A stretch of 58,685 nt of DNA, filler included, from Sphacelaria rigidula (Eukaryota), in assembly GCA_964200075.2 (NCBI GenBank). It is 9 parts of 9 records of this genome, joined end to end, with 100 filler letters (N's around TTAATTAATTAA, not from the genome) between each part and the next. Parts side by side here need not be neighbours in the genome. Positions count along the whole stretch, not along the records: positions 19,597 to 26,028 come from CAXNAA020020103.1; positions 26,129 to 32,560 come from CAXNAA020020104.1; positions 32,661 to 39,092 come from CAXNAA020020105.1; 6 more parts are not named here. One strand, 5' to 3'. Below are positions 23,015 to 35,740 of the stretch, piece after piece (position 1 is the stretch's first letter; every line of letters starts with the position of its first letter). The notes below the pieces were generated by a model that saw only the letters and a list, made by a program, of their open reading frames with translations, did not search any database and was not told where the DNA came from. A program made the position numbers and the translations under genes.

Positions 23015-25440
23015 CAGAAGGGAGTATGGAAAGCTGTTCATAAAACCAACCAAGATTTAGATGGCGGGATGAAGCATATGTGGGCAGGGATAACGGGGAT
23101 ACTGTGAGAACAGGCAGGAGAGGTAGACAAGGGAATAGCCACACTCAGAACACAGAACGGTAAAATTCGTAGTAGTTCGAAGGGGGGGGAGAAAGTGATG
23201 ATTAGCTGTTCGAAGGGGACGAGAGGAGTACTAGTAGAGCACTGCCGAAATTAGGAACGCCAAAAACTAACAAGAAGTTCGACGCGGAATTCGAGAAAGA
23301 ACCCAACCCGCAGAGGCAAATGTAGAGGCATCAAATCGTGAAGATAGTGGTTCGAAAGAATTGCAGGAAGGACTCGCAATAGAGGAAGTAAAGGGGTCTG
23401 TAGCTAAACTCAGCAAGAGAAAAGGCAGCAGGGGCAGAAGAAACAGTGAAAGAATTCTATGAAGTACGGGGGAGAGGGAATGATGGCCTCCATGGCCGTG
23501 TTGTAGAATTGGATCTGGAAGAATGATTACACACCCGAGAGGTGGAGAGAAGGAGTACAAGTAATTTTTTTCAAGGAAGGAGACAAGGCTGACCCAGGGA
23601 ATTATGAAGGGATACCGCTACTGAGCACCGGAGGGAGAACATTCTGTAAGATTCTGAATCATGGGGTGGGAACGATGCTAGGGAAGGAAGAAAAATCAGC
23701 GAGAGGCCAGCAGGATTTAGACCAAGTGGTAGCTGCGTCGACCGTGTGTACATATGAGGTAAGATTATTCAAGGTAGGAAAGACGCGGGGCTAACAACTT
23801 CCTGCTTCTTTCTAGACGTACAGAAGGCCGATGGCAGCATGAACGAATGGGATATGGAAAAAATGGGGGAAACTCGAATCAGAGAAAAGATGTAGATAAT
23901 AGTAATAAATATGACAGGATGTGCGAGAAGTGCTACGGTTCTAGATGGGCACATATCAAAATATGTTGATATCTTACAAGAAGTTGCACAATGATATATT
24001 TTATAACCCAATACATTCAAGGTATTTATTGATGACACGATAGTAGAAATCACAACAGCGAAGCAAGGAGTCAGGGTGGGGGGAGGTACGGTATCGGGAT
24101 TGGTGTTCACGGATGATTTCGTGAGGATATAAGGAACACCAGAAGGATTGCAGAAACAAATACAGAAGGCGCTTGAATACACTAGGAAATGGAGAGTGAC
24201 AGTGAACGCCATAAAAACGTGTGGTAGAACGAAGATATGGAGAACCCAGTAGGATTCAAATGAAAGTCGGGAGATGAGGAATTGCTGGTCGTAGACAAGT
24301 ATGCATACCTTGGCGTGGAGATAGCGAAAAAGTGTTCTTGGGATGCACACATGAATAGAGTACTATGGAAAGGCAAGCCACAGATAGGCAGGATAGACGT
24401 GATCCTGGAGACTCGCACCTCGATACTAGGACTACGAGGTATTCTGATTAATGTGATTGAACCGAAGCTAGAATATGCAGCAGAAGTGTGGGAAGGAAAC
24501 GCGAAGTTGGTGAGGCAGCTGGAAACAGTACCGATGACGACAGCTAAGAAAATATTTGAATGCCCCGAAGGGACGAAAAAATGTACCCACTTGAAACAAA
24601 TGGAGAATTGAGAAAATGGAAATGGCAATATAACGCGATGAATATGCCAAAAAGAGATGTTATTAGCCACGGTCGATAAAGCTGAATGGAACAAGAAAGT
24701 AGCGAAAGCGAAGGCTGGAATAATTCGGGATAGTGTAGTCGAGAAAGTATGGAAATGTATAGGAGGAAACCAGGACGGCGTACTGCCCAAAGGTGAATGC
24801 GGGGGTTACAAGACAAAAGTAAACGGGGAGAGAGAACTGAGGGGGAAACAAGCGCTAAGACGTAAAGTGGACGAGGAAGAGCACATGAAGATATAATGGG
24901 GCTTATCAGAAGGGATATTGATGAAAATATACCTGCACGGTCCACTGTACAACGCGAAACACTTGAAAATGTGATTTCGGGTGGAGGACCTGGACCTGCC
25001 AGAAAGAACAAAGGGGTATGCCAGTAATCGGGTGGAGGAGGAAGTAGATGCACAGATTTATCCGTGCGGCAAAGTAATAGAGAGTAGAGCTCATACAGTG
25101 GCAGAATGTGAACTATACAAGGGGTAACGGGACGTGTGGGAGGAGAAAATGTGCGAAGTAAACGAATATGGCACGGAATCATTTGGTACATTAGATTGCA
25201 GCGAGAAAACGATGGCTACACTAGGAGATAGATGATCACCACAGAGGTCGAATCAGGAAGTAGATGGGATATGTGAAAGGTTTTTGTGTAATGTATGGGA
25301 GAGACGCAATGAGCGTCCAAATGTTGGAGGGGTCTCCATTGAGAGTAGGAACGGTGCTCCGTCTCGAACGGGATTCGTGGTGAATGGTCAGTTGACTAAG
25401 GCAAGCAATAAATGAGTATGCCTCCCCTCTCCCGCCCCCT
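23015..25440 (+). mobile_element. Decayed, 5'-truncated non-LTR retrotransposon (LINE); reverse transcriptase pseudogene
   Basis: Frameshifted RT motifs: NWIWKNDYTPERWREGV..IFFKEGDKADPGNYEGIPLLS (about 23507-23630), CFFLDVQKA (about 23803-23830), VFIDD, SGLVFTDDFV (about 24094-24123, the YxDD-equivalent), YAYLGVEI and IEPKLEYAAEVWEG. The sense strand is purine-rich and the 3' tail recurs elsewhere in the window. Confidence 0.93.
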
Positions 25441-26198
25441 ACTACAGGAGAAGGGATAAGTACGAGACTAGTAAAACAAAGCAGGGTTCAGCGACTGTCT
25501 TGTGAGGGAGTGGTTGTTGAAGGTCACAGTAGTCTTTGTGTGAGAAGACGACAAGTGACACGTGCGTGGAGAAACGTCAGACCGGTGTGTATTGAACTAT
25601 CTAATTGTCCATACTTTCTTGTGAAAAAGAAAAGGGGTGTCAGCTATTGTCTTGAGATCTGCTATCAATTGTTTATAGTCATATGGTCTACGGTATCATT
25701 GAGGAGCAATTACGAAGCTAGCTACTGAGCAATATGAAAGCTGAAAATATTCACTGATACATTACATTGTAGTGTATATGGACCCTGTAGCTGCAGCGTC
25801 CGTTTCTTTCGCCCCTTATAAGCACAGGCCCAGCAGATGATATCGTAAGTAACAGTTTTGTACCTGACACAAGGTCGTCTCCTACAGAAGGCCTGCGATG
25901 TTTTCTTTAGCAAGATCAAAAACTCATGAACTTCACCTGACCCCCCCCCCCCCCCCCCACCCCGCCGCTGTACGTCATACGACGCTGTGCAGGCGCACAC
26001 CCCGCGCAGACGCCTGCGTGGCTGCACCNNNNNNNNNNNNNNNNNNNNNNNNNNNNNNNNNNNNNNNNNNNNTTAATTAATTAANNNNNNNNNNNNNNNN
26101 NNNNNNNNNNNNNNNNNNNNNNNNNNNNATATCACCAGAGAGAGAAGCAACGGCAGAGAGGAATCTCCTCGCCCGTGTCCTTTGTGTGTCCCCGCTCG

Positions 26199-27340
26199 GC
26201 GATTACCAAACTCTCGAGATATTGGCATCATCGATCTTACGAGCATGTGTCAAATGTTTCATGCGCCAGAACATCGACGTGCGGAGAGATTCCGTCGTCT
26301 CTTCTTGCCTGTCGCCAACGCGAAGATCGATCTCTCTCTGCCTCTCGCTTTGGACAGGACGTGCCTCTGTGCGCTGAAAAACATGGCGTTGAAACAATAG
26401 GGCAATCTTCCCGTCACCGCTACTACTGTTCTCTGTCACACACATGCCAGCGAGGACGGTTCTGCGGCAATAACAGACAGATCCAATTTAAACCTAGGGG
26501 GTGTTATTCATCATTGATTTTCGCCGACCTTCCCCCACCCGGGTGCCCGACGAGAACAGCCTGCCACACGCCAGTTGAGGGGGGTGTATGAGAGATCAAA
26601 CACTTGTAGAGACCTATTCGACGTGCGGAATGAAAAGGGATGCCTATGGCGGTGACCTAACTGTTGCTAGTGTGGCGCATAGGAGTCCGTCCATGCTGCA
26701 ATGTGGAGCACACGCTGGTCGCCTGAACACCTCGGTACAGTACAAGTAGCTTTCCAGAATTATTGCGATGTGAGGAGATAATGCATTACAAGCTGGGACG
26801 AGAGTGCTCTACGATCAACCACTTGTCGTTGCACTTGAGACCCGCGCCATCAACCGCCGACAGCAAGGGTGTTGTGGATTTCACGCGTCGCTATCGGCAG
26901 TACGGCAGGCAAACCGGATCACTGCTACCTTTCCATGCTCTACCGCTCCGGCCGCTCAGAGGTCGTCACCGTAACAGCATGCACCGAAGTCGCAACATCT
27001 GTCAAAGCTATAGAATTTGATATTGATGAAAATCATCCCCAAAATCAAAACGATTATCAAAACCTGAGGGAAGGTGGCCGCTTCGGGTCCAGTTAAACAT
27101 CCGAAGAAACCATCGAAGAGCGATACGAAACGTTTCCGGGATCAGCATCAGGCAGGGCTCGAACAACGGAAAATAAATCGACAAGTTACTCTTCGTAGTA
27201 AAAACCAATGCGCATGGAACACTTTGCAGCTTAGAAAACACGGATTCTGATAGAAAGAAACTTCTCCGGGCCCCCATGTGTGTTGTATCCGCCTGTAAAC
27301 GTCTTCCCTCATTCATCGATGCCTGACTGGGGGACAGGGA
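26199..27340 (+). mobile_element. Second diverged copy of the unclassified element seen at about 5260-6432 (minus strand)
   Basis: Colinear blocks, e.g. ctgaaaaacatg.cgttgaaa, ctctgtcacacacatgccagc, gagagatcaaacacttgt and aaatcgacaagtta. Peptide pairs include VLYDQPLVVALETRAINRRQQGCCGFH vs LLFDQSHVIALETHAINRLQQGSCGFH. Confidence 0.8.
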
Positions 27341-27649
27341 AGCCGTGGACACAGAAGACGATTGGGAAGGGCTCCCACGGGTGCTCGACCCACGTACGCA
27401 ATGAAATCAATCACGACAAGTAGATACCTATTCAAGCCAAGTGGGGAAACAACATATCGCCTTCCTTCGTTTGTCTTCGAGTATTACCTTGTCAGGGGTA
27501 TGATACTACTGCGCAGGTGATATGACCAGACGCGACGTCATGCGGCGCTACGGTTGCCGTCAAACTGTCGGTGGAGGCGAAACCACCCGCGCGTCTGTCT
27601 CGAGACATGTACTAATAGAATATGCACCCCTTTCCGCTGCTTTAGCTGC

Positions 27650-29420
27650 ATCATCGGCTTCTACTACTCACTAGTCCGCCCGGAACCGCGCTGAGTCGTG
27701 TGTCGTGTTCCCGGATCTGCTGTGGTGCTCCTCCACTTCCTCGCAGATTGAGCGGTTTCGGGGAATGTCTTGGATCCATCTCGAACCAAGCCGAGTAGGG
27801 ATCCATCCCCTTGTCTTGGGAAATATATATACCGACTCGATAGCTCGTGGTCCAACTCCGAAGGGGACAGCTTCGATGCACTTTTTCGTTTCGCGGCATG
27901 GTCCAGTATGGGGCGAAGACATATGCCGTCTGGAAGGCGTATTCACCCCTTCGGATGGGTTTGTTCACTCGAAGGTTGCGGGTCAGCGGATGTCCGCGCC
28001 TCTTCGCCATTTCGTCACCACCTTCCCCATGCAGGCCTGAAACAAGTGCCTTCCACACGTCGGTTCCTTGGATGCGATTATGACACATCTGCGTCTGAAC
28101 TTCCCGTAGAACAGCCTGAATCATCGCCTGAACACTGCAGTACATTTTGCGGGACGCCGACGGAGAGCCCTTACATTTCAGGCTCACGGCTGTTGGCGAC
28201 CAGACGAAATCATTTGAAACACACGAATTCACTTGTGGATACCCGCGCGCACATCTCGCCCACGACATGATTGCGGTTCCATGAATCAGATATGTGCCCA
28301 GTCACCTTACGCTCGTCGATAGCCCGGCCACCGCCAATCATGGAAGAGTGAATGGTAACGGCATTCACGGGTTTCGAATGGAACGGGTAATGCAACTTTG
28401 TACGTCCACAACGATAATTTCTACTTCAGCCCCCCCCCCCCTCAGCGACACCGCGCCACGATTCCCCAAATTTCACAAAATAAATGGTCACCTAACGCCT
28501 GGTGTCTGCCGGTATTGCCGGGTACTAACCCTAGCGTGTAAATTCCTTTTTTGTCGTTTTGTTGGGCTTTTCTTGTTAACCTTCACGTGCACATTTTGCT
28601 TCCCCGAACCAGCCGCTTTTTTGGAGGTGGGGGGTATCGTATGGAGTGTCGAAAGTTGTGGATACCTGCTCATATCCCACACTCGATGTGATCCCGGTTT
28701 CACAAACCAGATCTGTCTCGATATTTCACGGTTGCCGATAGTCCGGCCATCGCCAATTTAAAACAGAAGGGAGTGATGACCCCGTTACCTTTTCTATATT
28801 ATAAACGGGTGACGCTGGTTCGACGATTGGGCTACTCAGTAATCACGCACACTGTACCATATGCTAACATTTGAGGAGGATCAGCGGGGTGCTGAAGGTC
28901 GGGCGTGCCGTTGGAGAAACGCGGTATAGTGAGACTAACTGCGCTGTCGTCGTCGTCGGTCTTCAGCGCGGTGGGGGTGAGTGTCGATCGAGAGGGAGTG
29001 CGGGCAGTGAGATCATCGGCCCTATCGTCCGCATCTCCGTCGGGAGACGGATCAGAATCCAAAAAGGACGAGCCATTGTCATCTGATGAATAGACGCGAT
29101 CACGTTTGCGTTTTTTGCCATTCGAGGCGGTGATGCTGCCCCCACAGAGGCTACTAGCGGGGCTAATACCACAGCGATCTCCGCCGCCGTGGCTCACGGT
29201 AATGAAGGCACCTTCACTGCCCGAGTCTCGGATGGAGGGGGGGCTTGTCGATGCGCTCTATTGGCGCCATGGCCTCCTGACCTATTCCCGCCCCCCTTCT
29301 TTCTCTTGGTTGGACGTGCATCGGTGCTATCTGTCCTGCCAGCGGTATCTCCGCCTGGGACGTCGTCGCCGTGGGCACGTGCCCGACCGGCGTTCACCAA
29401 TCCGCGTCCCAAGTCACTGC
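27650..29420 (-). pseudogene. Degenerate coding-like sequence of unknown type, probably transposon-derived
   Basis: Adjacent frame-shifted low-complexity ORFs (29194..29412 and 28832..29197, with KRKK/KKRKR basic motifs and acidic runs) plus 27651..28268. No recognisable domain and no clean splice model. Confidence 0.3.
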
Positions 29421-29998
29421 AAACATTCTGTGTGTGTGAATATGAGCATGTGCGTCGTCTCTCCCGTGAAACAGGGAGAACAACACCGTCGCGCTGACGA
29501 TCGGAACGGTGGTAACATAAGCTTGTGCCACGGGGGAATTCTTGGTAACGTTTTTGAAGATGTGATATCGACGGCCGGTTGAACTATATGCCGGTTTGTG
29601 CGCGCCCACGCTCGCGCTATACAAACGTATGAACCCCATTTGAGGAAATTGCGCATTTCTCTTCGGTACCTAAAATCAGTGCTGCTGTTGTAGGTCAACC
29701 TGCAAAAGATGAGAGCATCGTTGGCGCTCGTATATCCGCCTCGATTGGCGGGATTCATACCGCCTGTTGAGTGGTTTTGTAAAGCGGCTGTCAGTCTATG
29801 ACACAAATGGTGTTGCTTTTTAGGTTTGCTGTGAAAGGTGGGGGCGCGATATGTCACGAGTCTTTGCGCGGGTGTATTCATCCCGGCTCATGGCCTTTGT
29901 CATGTGTTTTGCTTGGTGTCATAGACCGGCGAATAATATACGACGTGCAGGGCATAGCGTATATCGTTGTGGGCAAGTGGTACGCTGACCGCAAAAGT

Positions 29999-30902
29999 GT
30001 GGTCAGCGTTCGCGTGACCAACTCTATTCCCGTTACAGGTCGCGAGTATGTGCACTGGGCTGTTTCATGAGCTGGCGCTCATACGACGATGCGCTGGAAC
30101 GATGATGCGCTGGAAATGCTAATGGCTCATTGTTTTTCCAGGTGAGGTGTTAATGAATCCGCTAAGTGTCGGCAGCGGGCGCATGATATTGTTTGTGTCG
30201 ATTTGTGGCAGAGTGTAAACGTATGAAGCTGGTTTCATTAACCGGGTGTTACTCTGTGATGCCCGGCAATTCGGAAATGTCTCCGGGTGTGCTGTAGGTT
30301 AGGCCGCGATATGTCGTGAGCGTCTGCGTGGGTGTATATGCACCCTCGTTAAGATCCGCCCTTGTTCATTCTGGAATGTTTCATACACCGGTTGATATTC
30401 CACGACGGGTGAGATGCTTTTTTTATCTTGTGACGTATGTTGTACGTTGACCGGAGAGATGTAGTCAGCGTTGGGGCAACAGTATGCATCCTGGATACCG
30501 GTCGATAGTATGTGTGTTGATTTCTTTCATGATATATATATATATATATATATATCTTTCTAGGCACATTGTACGTCGATCGCAGAAAGGTGGTCGGCGT
30601 TCGCATGTGACCACATTTACTCTGGTTACAGGTCGCGAGTGTGTGGACTGGTCTGTTTTGTGAATTGGCTTTCACACGATGATGCGCTGGCAATGGCTCA
30701 TCAATTTCCACGTGTAGTGTAAATGAACCCGCTTGATGTCGGCAGCGGGCGCGCGATATTGCTTGCGTGGATTTATGGCAGAGCGCAAAACTTATTTCAC
30801 TGGTTTCGTAAACCAGTTGTTACTCTGTGATGCCCGATAATCTGGTCATGTCTCCGAGTGTGCTGTAGGTTGGGCTGCGATATGTGAGCGTCTGCGTGAG
30901 AG
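29999..30902. repeat. Diverged tandem duplication: a block of about 320-340 bp repeated at a distance of about 590 bp, with partial further copies
   Basis: gtggtc.gcgttcgc...gttacaggtcgcgagt...tgtcggcagcgggcgc...tgttactctgtgatgccc...tgtgctgtaggtt...gcgatatgt..gagcgtctgcgtg at 29999-30337 and 30590-30902. Confidence 0.88.
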
Positions 30903-31639
30903 TTTGCGTCTTTCCCTGCAAAAGAGAAATGCGACTTCAGCCCCATTTTAGTGTTGAACCCCAAAATTTAAAATCGGCTGTTATTTATTGGCAATAAAGA
31001 TGCTGCTGCTGCTGCTGCTCCTCGTGCGGGAGGCGGTCCGCGTTCCGATGTGCGACAATATTCATGCACCTGTCGCGTTATTGTCCCCTCCTATTTAAGA
31101 CCGACTCTCATGTGTTCGCGATTTGTTACCCCAGTACAGTTATGGGTGCGCCTAACCCCCGAAAATGAGCCAATAAAGTGTCACCGACCAAAAGCACGAA
31201 CAGACCGGAGATGTCGTTCATCCCCCGATCATGCACGCCGTAAAATCTCCCCAAGTACTTGTGATTTGAAGGGGGTTTTCCACTTGACGATTTCCCATTT
31301 TCGTTGTCCCGGGCTACGAACCAGGACATACCTAGGCTACTCACCGACGTGTATTTGTCCAAGCTACAATCTGGAAAGATTGTGGAACCAAAGGAGTTAT
31401 GGTGATGGAGAAAATCGCAAACAAAACATGTTTTTTCCACTTGATTTGTTATAAAAATCGAATCCCGGAGATGAAAAACTTCGACCACCGAGGTTTTAGC
31501 TGCCCTCTCGGCGCAGATGATGCAGAAAATCGCATGTCAAACGATGGCCTTGACGATGAGTAATTGGGGCAACTGTTTGGGCTACGAGCGCAAACCAGCA
31601 CCTCCAACCCTCGCCGGTTTTCACGACATGCGAAAACGT

Positions 31640-32440
31640 CACCCCTGTCCAACCACCTCAGAATAGATTACACCCATGGATAGCTCTTGGTACTGCAGAT
31701 GGTTGATACATCGCATGTGTGGAATGTTTGGCAGGTGTAGAATTTGCACCTTTGATCTAACCCCTAAAGGCTTCCGTGTCTGCGGATATTTACCCCCATC
31801 TGTACATCGCTTGTGATAGTGGCAAGAGTGGCGCTCGTTCTCCTGCACCCGGTGCCATCACCAGGCCACCATCGATAGCGTAGCTTTGTATCTCATCTCA
31901 CCTGGCGGCAAGTGTGGACAAACTCTGAACTGAAGGAGAAAAGAAAGCCACAGAGCATGCTAGACGCACAGCTCCCATGAAAAGATCCGGATTCCGATGT
32001 TCACAATAAAATCAAGATGGATCAACTTACCCTCCCCAATGGTCGACTATACTGCGTCAAGGCGACACAGAAGACAGCATAAAGTCGTCAGCCCACTTTT
32101 GCTGAAGCCACATGAGCCCCATTCATGTCTTTCAGTGCACCAACCCGTCCTAAGACACGCGTCCGTTATATCGGTAGTGGTGGGTGACGACCGACGGTTT
32201 GTTTGCATTCCCTCTTGGAACACGATATCCTAGGAGTCCGATGAAAATCATGCATACTCATGAAATGAAAAGGCATACCCACGGAACAACAAATACCCTT
32301 GCACAGGGCAAGTCATTCATCCACTAAAATTGTAGAACGATGAAGATGACGAGGAAGTCGACCGACACGCGCCCAGCCTACATGACACACCCGGCGACTG
32401 TACTCCACTCGTCTGTGTAAGGGCCGTCCTCGTCGTAGTT
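31640..32440 (-). mobile_element. piggyBac-like transposase remnant (C-terminal part)
   Basis: Minus strand about 32230-32040 gives NKPSVVTHHYRYNGRVS*DGLV, resembling piggyBac P.VV..YN..MGGVD..D. It is followed by QQKW and, after a frameshift, RLYAVFCVALTQ. Downstream (31760-31683) is Cys-rich LDQRCKFYTCQTFHTCDVSTIC. Matched by eye only. Confidence 0.55.
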
Positions 32441-32672
32441 CATCAGTACATATAGTTCTGGCGCATATTGAGCATATGCTTTTGTAAAAAGAAATGGTTC
32501 AGCGTTCCCGTTTCAGGCGTTGGGCTACGAATAATCACGGTTTATATTACTTGGTTTGAANNNNNNNNNNNNNNNNNNNNNNNNNNNNNNNNNNNNNNNN
32601 NNNNTTAATTAATTAANNNNNNNNNNNNNNNNNNNNNNNNNNNNNNNNNNNNNNNNNNNNTTTTTTTTTTCC

Positions 32673-33105
32673 CCCAACGAGCCATGACTCGAGTGCTCGC
32701 CCTTTTGTTTGTTTCCACAACGAGCAATGACTCAAGTGCTCGTCCTATTTTTTTTTCCACAACGAGCAATGACTCGAGTGCTCGTCCTATTATCTTTTTC
32801 CACAACGAGCGATGACTCAAGTGCTTGCCCTATTATTTTTCCCACAACGAGTAATAACTCGAGTGCTCGCCCCATTATTTTTTTTCCACAACGAGTAATG
32901 ACTCAAGTGCTCGCCCCATGAATTTTTACGGCCAACGAGCATGAATGACTCTAGTGCTCGTCCTATTCATTTTCTCCACAACGAGCGATGACTCGAGTGC
33001 TCGCCCTATTATCTTTTTCCACAACGAGCAATGACTCGAGTGCTCGCCTTGTTAATTGTTTCCGCAACGAGCAGTGACTCGAGTGCTCGCCCTATTAATC
33101 TTTAC
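32673..33105. repeat. Minisatellite: about 10 copies of a ~43-bp unit with a palindromic core
   Basis: Unit cacaacgagcaatgactcgagtgctcg(c/t)cctattattttttc; cgagca...tgctcg is an inverted pair with ctcgag between them. Confidence 0.95.
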
Positions 33106-34304
33106 TGCCAGCGAGCAGCCCAACGAGTGCGAGTGCCACGAGTCACAGTCGTGCTCGTCCAGCGTATGATATTTTCGTCAATATAAAGTTGCCAAGAAAG
33201 GGTCGCTGCCTGAACGGTTTCATAGCATTTTTTGGACAACAAGAACTGGCCTTGAGGAGAGACCGTGGTTTGATTATGCGGGCGGGGAGAGGGGGCACCG
33301 CCATCGTTTTGAAAGCCTTCGAAGGCTGATCGGCATTCGAAATCAACGTCGGTTGGAGCAAAAAATAATGACCCATGGCACTTCATCAACGACAGGGGAG
33401 CGACTTGGGGCTGTCGTAGTATAAAAAGGGAACACACGTTGAAAATGTGCTGCGCGTGAAACACACGATCGTGTCGGCAAACACACACACCGACGCACAT
33501 GAACAAAAATCAGTTTTGCCCAAGCGAGCAGAATCGCAAGACTGTTTTGTTCCGGTGCGGCTCAGTCGGGCGGGACACATTCAACACATGTAACACACGG
33601 CGGCTTCGCGGAGGGGTCTTGTGTGGTGGGATCCCGTTTGTGTGTCGTGTGGTGACGGCGCTGTTCATGTTCAAGTGCCCATGAAAGGATCTGCCAAGAG
33701 ACGATTGACTGGCCCCGTACTGCAAGCTGAGGTTGTGAGTGCTACTGTTTTCGCTGATCATGGAAGATATTACCCCCTGTTATCTCTTCAGTGTATATTA
33801 TTTGTTGTTTCCAACCACGTCCAGGAGTCGAAGACTATTCGACTGCCGAGCATCCGAAGTGATGTATGGATCGTGCTCTAAATATCATGCCTTCCTCTCC
33901 CCCACCCCCCGTTCGAAATTCGGAGAATGCCTGAACTTCGTACAGCGAAGGTGGAATATATATATATATATATATATTGATGTTCGGTGCGTTGCGCCGC
34001 GATAGACAAACAAGCAGCTTGGTCGACCGTGACGAACCTCGTACTTGCAACCAATGCACAATCAAGCGCTGTTCGTTGACGGATACAGCTTGTAGAGGTA
34101 CGTCAGTTTGCCGTGGAATACGAGCTGGGCCGGTCGTGAGGCGTACAAGCGCACATCACACAACAGCTTCTCAAGTCTCCCGAATCAGTCGGATTCAAGC
34201 ATATCGCTGTGAACTGCAGACCAACCTGGTCATGAACGGTCTGTCGTTGAAGAAAAACATATGCACTGCACAAAATATGACCTTAATGGCGCAAAGAACA
34301 AGAA

Positions 34305-34377
34305 GAGGACATGTCGGGATTCGAACTCGTGACCGCCATAATTGGAGTGTCCGGTATCACTTGGATTACAGGGGCGC
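34305..34377 (-). mobile_element. Degenerate tRNA-like SINE head
   Basis: Reverse complement gcgcccctgtaatccaagtgataccggacactccaattatggcggtcacgagttcgaatcccgacatg has an A-box-like motif and a GTTCGAATCC B-box, but no paired acceptor stem. Confidence 0.45.
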
Positions 34378-35740
34378 AGCGGTGTCACACAAAAAGAGCC
34401 AGCCTGGACCCAATTATTGGAGCTTTTCGCCGAATGATTGCCATTATCTACTGCGCGCAAGTGCGTGTAACATTTCTGAGGATTTCACCGTTTCTCGGAG
34501 TTTTTTTTCCCGAAGTTATGGAATTTCCCCAGTTTTCGCCGAAAGTTCAAGTCGCTCAGACTTCCTGTTTCATTTTTTTTGCCCTCTTGGCATCCCGCGC
34601 AATGTTGCTCGTGTTGACGATGAAAATGTCGCGTCGAAATTTCAGCGCTTACCTCCTCAAATTTACCACCGCCGGACGCAAAACATATTCAAGAACGACC
34701 CTCAGGCGGTGTCTTGGCACATTGGTTTTCGATCGAAATTGTGCGGTGGAAAGCAAAAATCCTGATATGAAGGGTCATAACTTCAACCGTCGTCGAAAAT
34801 TGTGAAGATGGTCGAAATCACGACCTATCAGATCGAGATTCGTGCTTTCCACCGCACAATTTCGATCGAAAACTACTGTGCTAAGACAGCTCGTACTCGA
34901 AAAAAACAGAACACAACGATTTCGGGGGAAGCATTCCCGTCAAGCACGAGAGAGGAAATCCTACATCGATGTTCTATGTTGAAGTAACGGTACAGTACAC
35001 CTTTTGAGAAATGCACAGAGTCACGTTCAGCTCGATATTCGCGGTCTGCATGCACTTTGCCTAACCACTGTTCAGTATTCAACCGATGTCCTGAGAGTTG
35101 CATAGGGCCTGCTGCGGAGCCACTCCCTCCTGGAAGAAAAGACAAGCTGAGTGAAGACCACCGTCTAGTCGACGTCTGACAGGAAGACCAGAAATATGTC
35201 GCTTCTTCATGCTGCGATGCAATAACTACTGGTGTTGGATTTCCGCTCTTCATATGTGTGACAATCAATTCGGGACAAAAGAATGACACCGCCCCCGTCC
35301 CGCCCGCTGCATGCGTCATCGTATCCCATCCCCGCAAAATACAAGAGAACCAACGACACGGGTCCCTGCCCTTCCACCGAGGCAGTGACATCAGCGTCAC
35401 GCTCTGCCAATGCTCGAGGTCTCCCTGCCGTGCGCCTGTACCCACGGATGAGTCTCGTCGAGGTGGGTATTGTTGAGAAACAGTAATGATATCATCCAGG
35501 TATCATCTCCGTGACAACGCACACACAACATCGACTGCCAGGTAGCCTACGAGTATTCGTATCTTGAAAGGTACTACAGAGGAGCTTCCTCGCCCAGCAT
35601 GCATTGATATTATTGTTCATGCTTACCTCCCACAAGGCCTGGGCATTCATCGCTTGGTCGTGCAGGCATTGGTATCCAGGCTATGGCATGATACGAATGA
35701 GTACAGTAGTTGGACGCTTATCATCCGAAAGAGACTCATC

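Noticed and set aside
23769..25191. Long hydrophobic minus-strand ORFs resembling membrane proteins
   Set aside because: They are antisense to the purine-rich LINE; the RT motifs are on the plus strand.
32673..33105. CRISPR array
   Set aside because: The inter-repeat segments are short, T-rich and similar to each other rather than unique spacers. There are no cas-like ORFs and the context is eukaryotic.
33977..35445. ORFs 33977..34765, 34311..34805 and 34873..35445 as genes
   Set aside because: No domain is recognisable, the composition is unlike the supported exons, and the first two run through a SINE-like head and repeat sequence.
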